A stretch of 63,923 bases of DNA, the filler included, from an uncultured Methanosarcinales archaeon (lineage in GTDB: Archaea; Nanobdellota; Nanobdellia; Woesearchaeales; CAZXZL01): the NCBI GenBank assembly GCA_964645415.1. It is 4 parts of 4 records of this genome, joined end to end, with 100 filler letters (N's around TTAATTAATTAA, not from the genome) between each part and the next. Parts side by side here need not be neighbours in the genome. Positions count along the whole stretch, not along the records: positions 58,808 to 63,923 come from CAZXZL010000051.1; 3 more parts are not named here. One strand, 5' to 3'. The translations under genes and the position numbers were made by a program. Positions 60,619 to 63,923 of this stretch are shown in pieces. The notes under the pieces were generated by a model. That model did no database searches, was not told the DNA's origin, and worked only from the letters and a program-made list of their open reading frames with translations. The first letter of the stretch is position 1. Each line of letters opens with the position of its first letter.

Positions 60619-61926
60619 TTAACGATACTTACTTCTTCCAAAAAGATAATACAATATTGCTCCTAGAAAGAATGTTAAAGCAACAACACCAATCCAAACA
60701 TTCTTTTTAAGTTTATTATCTCTTTCAGATTGAATAACATCTATTAACATAAATAGCCAGAAGATAAACATAGTTAATAGAACAACTAAACTAAAAATCA
60801 TTCCAGACAATCCATTGTCTTCCACAGCAGGAACATCTACATTAAAAGAATTTGTAAAAGTTTCAGAATGTTTATCATTAAAAAAATCATTCCATTCAAC
60901 TTTATATTCTATTTCAACTTCTTCTTCATGAGGAATTATAGTAAAATCTGCAGTTTCATAATCGTTAGTTTCAACTTCCCCTAAAAATACAGTCCCACTA
61001 ACAATATCATAATCCGGAGATTCAGCTAATTCAACAGTTGTAAATTTGATATCTTCAGTTCCTTTATTGATTATATTTACACTGATATCAGACTCTTCAT
61101 TTTTTGTTAATTCTGCTCTTCTAATATGTCTTTCAACAATATTTACAACATCAACAAAGAAATTAAAAGAATATTCTTTTTCAAAAGCTTCTGTTCTATC
61201 CTCGTTTTTATAAGTTAATAAAATGTTTCCCTCATGATTTCCTGGAGGAGTTGAAGGATGAACTAAATAATCAAAAGAGATTTCTCTTTGTCTATTAGGA
61301 TCAAAGTTAAGAAATGACCTAACATTTGTTGAATCAATTACTGAAAAACCTTCAGGTAATTGGAAATAAGTTTCTACATCTCTTGCTTTTACAGTTCCAT
61401 CATTTTTCAAGTAAAAATTTAAGCTACCTCTCTCAGAAGGTAAAATCTCTTTTGGGTTTAAATTAAGTTGAGGGATATCAAAAATAATTTCTTTATTTTC
61501 AATCTCAACAGGAATATTTTTTGTAACTGGTCTATCTTCATCACTATAATATCTTACTCTCAAGTCATATTCTCCTGGAGGCACATCATCTTTAATTAAT
61601 ATTTTAAAATTAAAAACAGCAGCATAATCATCTTCTTGAAAAGGAGGAAGTGATCCAACTTCAATTTTACTATCTCGATATATTTCAAAAGGATAATCTT
61701 CTAAAACTTCAATATTTAAATCATCTATATAATCATCTCCTACATTTTCAACTTTCAATCTCAAATTAAGTAATCTATTTGGTGCCGCAGGATTAGGATC
61801 TTGAGACATTTTATTTATCCTTAAATCTCCAAAAGCACTTACAAAATTACTCAACATTAAAATTCCAAATAAAAAAAGTACCAATACTAAAAACTTATTT
61901 TTCTTCATTCTTTTCATTATAATCAC
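60619..61926 (-). CDS. COG1361-like S-layer/Ig-fold protein with C-terminal PLDc_N-like anchor
   Basis: Signal peptide, QDPNPAAP..L.VEN.G, repeated Ig modules, FWLFMLID..WIGVV..GAILYY. Confidence 0.85.
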   Translation of the reverse strand: MIIMKRMKKNKFLVLVLFLFGILMLSNFVSAFGDLRINKMSQDPNPAAPNRLLNLRLKVENVGDDYIDDLNIEVLEDYPFEIYRDSKIEVGSLPPFQEDDYAAVFNFKILIKDDVPPGEYDLRVRYYSDEDRPVTKNIPVEIENKEIIFDIPQLNLNPKEILPSERGSLNFYLKNDGTVKARDVETYFQLPEGFSVIDSTNVRSFLNFDPNRQREISFDYLVHPSTPPGNHEGNILLTYKNEDRTEAFEKEYSFNFFVDVVNIVERHIRRAELTKNEESDISVNIINKGTEDIKFTTVELAESPDYDIVSGTVFLGEVETNDYETADFTIIPHEEEVEIEYKVEWNDFFNDKHSETFTNSFNVDVPAVEDNGLSGMIFSLVVLLTMFIFWLFMLIDVIQSERDNKLKKNVWIGVVALTFFLGAILYYLFGRSKYR

Positions 61927-62374
61927 CTAAATATTTTAAAGAAAGATCTACTAAATCATTAATGACTTTAGTTTGATCTTTAAGAGAATTAATTTTTTTA
62001 CTAACTTTTTGATTTGATTTATACTTTTCTTTTTCTGACAAAGAAGTTAAAGATTCTACCATAGGATTTATAATCTCATTTTTTATCATTTTATATTGAT
62101 TTATTTTTAAATTAATTAAATCTAAGTTTACTTCAACATACTTCTTTTTAGAACCAGGTTTAGTGAAAACATTCAATGCAGGCATATATCCTTTTAAAGC
62201 TAAACTTATACTTGAAATACTATAACCTGTTCTTTTCGATAGTTCATCATAAGTTAAAGGTTTTTCTGATAAAATACATTCAACAAAAATGTCAGAAACA
62301 GATGAAGGTTTACCAAAATATTTTAAATTTTTCTCCATTGATTGTTTTAATTTTTTAATATCAGGATCAGTCAT
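61895..62374 (-). CDS. GbsR/MarR-like wHTH regulator
   Basis: PLTYDELSKRTGYSISSIS, KPGSKKKY; likely start MTDPD at 62374. Confidence 0.8.
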   Translation of the reverse strand: MTDPDIKKLKQSMEKNLKYFGKPSSVSDIFVECILSEKPLTYDELSKRTGYSISSISLALKGYMPALNVFTKPGSKKKYVEVNLDLINLKINQYKMIKNEIINPMVESLTSLSEKEKYKSNQKVSKKINSLKDQTKVINDLVDLSLKYLGDYNEKNEEK

Positions 62375-63074
62375 TTTTTGAATCCTCCGTAACTTTCCCA
62401 TCCATAATTTTAACTGTTCTTGTTCCAACATCAGTAAATCTTGTATCATGGGTAACTAAAATAATTGTTTTACCTTTCTCATGTAATTTATTTAGTTGTT
62501 CCATTACATTTTCACCTGTTTTTGTATCAAGATTACCAGTAGGTTCATCAGCTAAAATAATTTCAGGTTCATTAGAAATAGCTCTTGCCATTGCAACTCT
62601 TTGTTGTTGACCACCAGATAATTCATTTGGTTTATGATCTAATCTTTCACCTAAACCAAGCTCAGTTAAAATCTTTTTTGCTTTTCTCATTCTAACTTCT
62701 GGAGCAATATCGTGAAAAATCATAGGTAAAGTTACATTTTCAATAGCGGATAAATTTGAAATTAAATTAAATTGTTGAAATACAAACCCGATTACTTTAC
62801 CTCTTAATTGTGCAAGGCCAGATTCAGTCAATTTTGAGATATTTTTTCCTTTTAATAAAATCTCTCCTTCAGTTGGTGTATCTAAACAACCAATCATATT
62901 TACTAAAGTACTTTTTCCACTACCACTTGGACCAACAATAACAACAAATTCTCCTTTATGAACATCTAAATTAAAATCTTTTAAAACTTTTACAGTCACT
63001 TCACCCATTTGGTAATTTTTATAGACATGGTTAAGTTTAATGATTGATTCCTTTTCATTAGAGTTATTTGACAT
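62367..63074 (-). CDS. LolD/MacB-type ABC ATP-binding protein
   Basis: GPSGSGKST, GFVFQQFNL, LSGGQQQRVA, LADEPTGNLD, VTHD. Confidence 0.96.
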   Translation of the reverse strand: MSNNSNEKESIIKLNHVYKNYQMGEVTVKVLKDFNLDVHKGEFVVIVGPSGSGKSTLVNMIGCLDTPTEGEILLKGKNISKLTESGLAQLRGKVIGFVFQQFNLISNLSAIENVTLPMIFHDIAPEVRMRKAKKILTELGLGERLDHKPNELSGGQQQRVAMARAISNEPEIILADEPTGNLDTKTGENVMEQLNKLHEKGKTIILVTHDTRFTDVGTRTVKIMDGKVTEDSKND

Positions 63075-63183
63075 TAAGAAATAGAATGAATAAAATTATA
63101 TAAATGTTTTGTATTTTTAAAAAATATTAAAAATAGTAAATATTAGTTTTACTACTCATTGAACAATAAATTAAAAGCTATTG

Positions 63184-63380
63184 TTTTTATAAAATTCTTC
63201 TTTTTTGTTTTTAGATGATTTGCTCTCAGCTTTTATCAAAGTTGGCAAGGATGGTACCATACTTCGTATGGCACTTTAGTTTCCATAAATTTCTACCTAA
63301 TTTTATTTTACTCTATTTATTTTACTTTTTTTTATTTTCTAATTTCTTTAGCTAAACACGAATACAATCATCGAAGATGA
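63184..63380 (-). repeat. Mosaic intergenic element copy R5
   Basis: Module shared with 19870-19925; hairpin 63254-63274 with ~40-bp tail shared with R3; 63346-63365 shared with R2; tcatc-gaa-gatga at 63368-63380. Confidence 0.9.
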
Positions 63381-63546
63381 ATAAACTTTTAAAAAAATTT
63401 GTTTTTAATTAAATAAAATATATCACTCAATTTATAATTAAATCTACTTTCTTTAGATTTCTTTTTATGAATTGATTTTCCAGAAGGAAGTAAATGTTTA
63501 GAAGCTACTAAATTAGAAGAAGATGATAGAGATGATTTTTAATTTT

Positions 63547-63923
63547 TTATATTATTTCATTTGCTCTATCAAATATCTCTTGATAATTACTAGGGAAAGT
63601 TTCTCTAATAAACTCTCTTGTTTCATCTACTAATTCATGTTGATTTAAACTTTCATTATCAAATCCATTTCTCGCATAACCAGTAGGAAGTAATGTAGAA
63701 GCATAAGTTAAAATATATTGTTTATTAAACTCTTTTACTCCTTTTTCTCCGTATGTATCATTTAGATATTGATACCATTCTGAATTTTTATCATTAAATA
63801 ATTCTTCTGATTCATCTACTAACTCCCATGCTTTTTCTACATACTCCATTCTTTCTTCTTTCTCTGCTTCCCATGACTCATTTAATGCCATTGTCATGTA
63901 TACTTTTGCTTTTGCCAATGGAT
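63547..63923 (-). CDS. Hypothetical protein (probably 5'-partial)
   Basis: Open frame continuing to the window edge. Confidence 0.55.
   Translation of the reverse strand, partial: PLAKAKVYMTMALNESWEAEKEERMEYVEKAWELVDESEELFNDKNSEWYQYLNDTYGEKGVKEFNKQYILTYASTLLPTGYARNGFDNESLNQHELVDETREFIRETFPSNYQEIFDRANEII

Noticed and set aside
58403..63074. tRNA-Arg as the integration site of an island
   Set aside because: No integrase or att duplication seen, an artificial gap intervenes, and the MacB/COG1361 cluster is common in archaea.

Overview
Very AT-rich archaeal sequence. The gene set (Hel308, NurA, RFC large subunit, archaeal GlyRS, DUF357, LrpA, Rpp30-like, A24 peptidase, ATP-dependent ligase, stand-alone 5S rRNA) points to a DPANN archaeon, most likely Woesearchaeota-like (inference). 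Three gaps contain an artificial TTAATTAATTAA spacer, so gene order across 19770-19869, 39365-39464 and 58708-58807 is unreliable. Most genes are housekeeping, transport or envelope functions. Five observations stand out. (1) A dispersed family of mosaic intergenic elements at about 8 loci is built from shuffled modules and C-NNN-G triloop hairpins, including a compensatory base change. (2) An operon couples a receptor-like membrane-anchored HerA/FtsK-type ATPase, the tail of a second paralog, and an 1885-aa surface protein. (3) A helically phased, orientation-flipping TGTTCA/TGAACA array and a (TTAC)n tract lie downstream of a MinD/ParA gene. (4) A 15-bp Lrp-type operator is shared by the peroxiredoxin and rubrerythrin promoters. 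(5) Hel308, Rqc2 and UvrC appear split or domain-truncated. No CRISPR array, transposase, integrase or reverse transcriptase was found. All calls come from reading motifs by eye; no database search was run.
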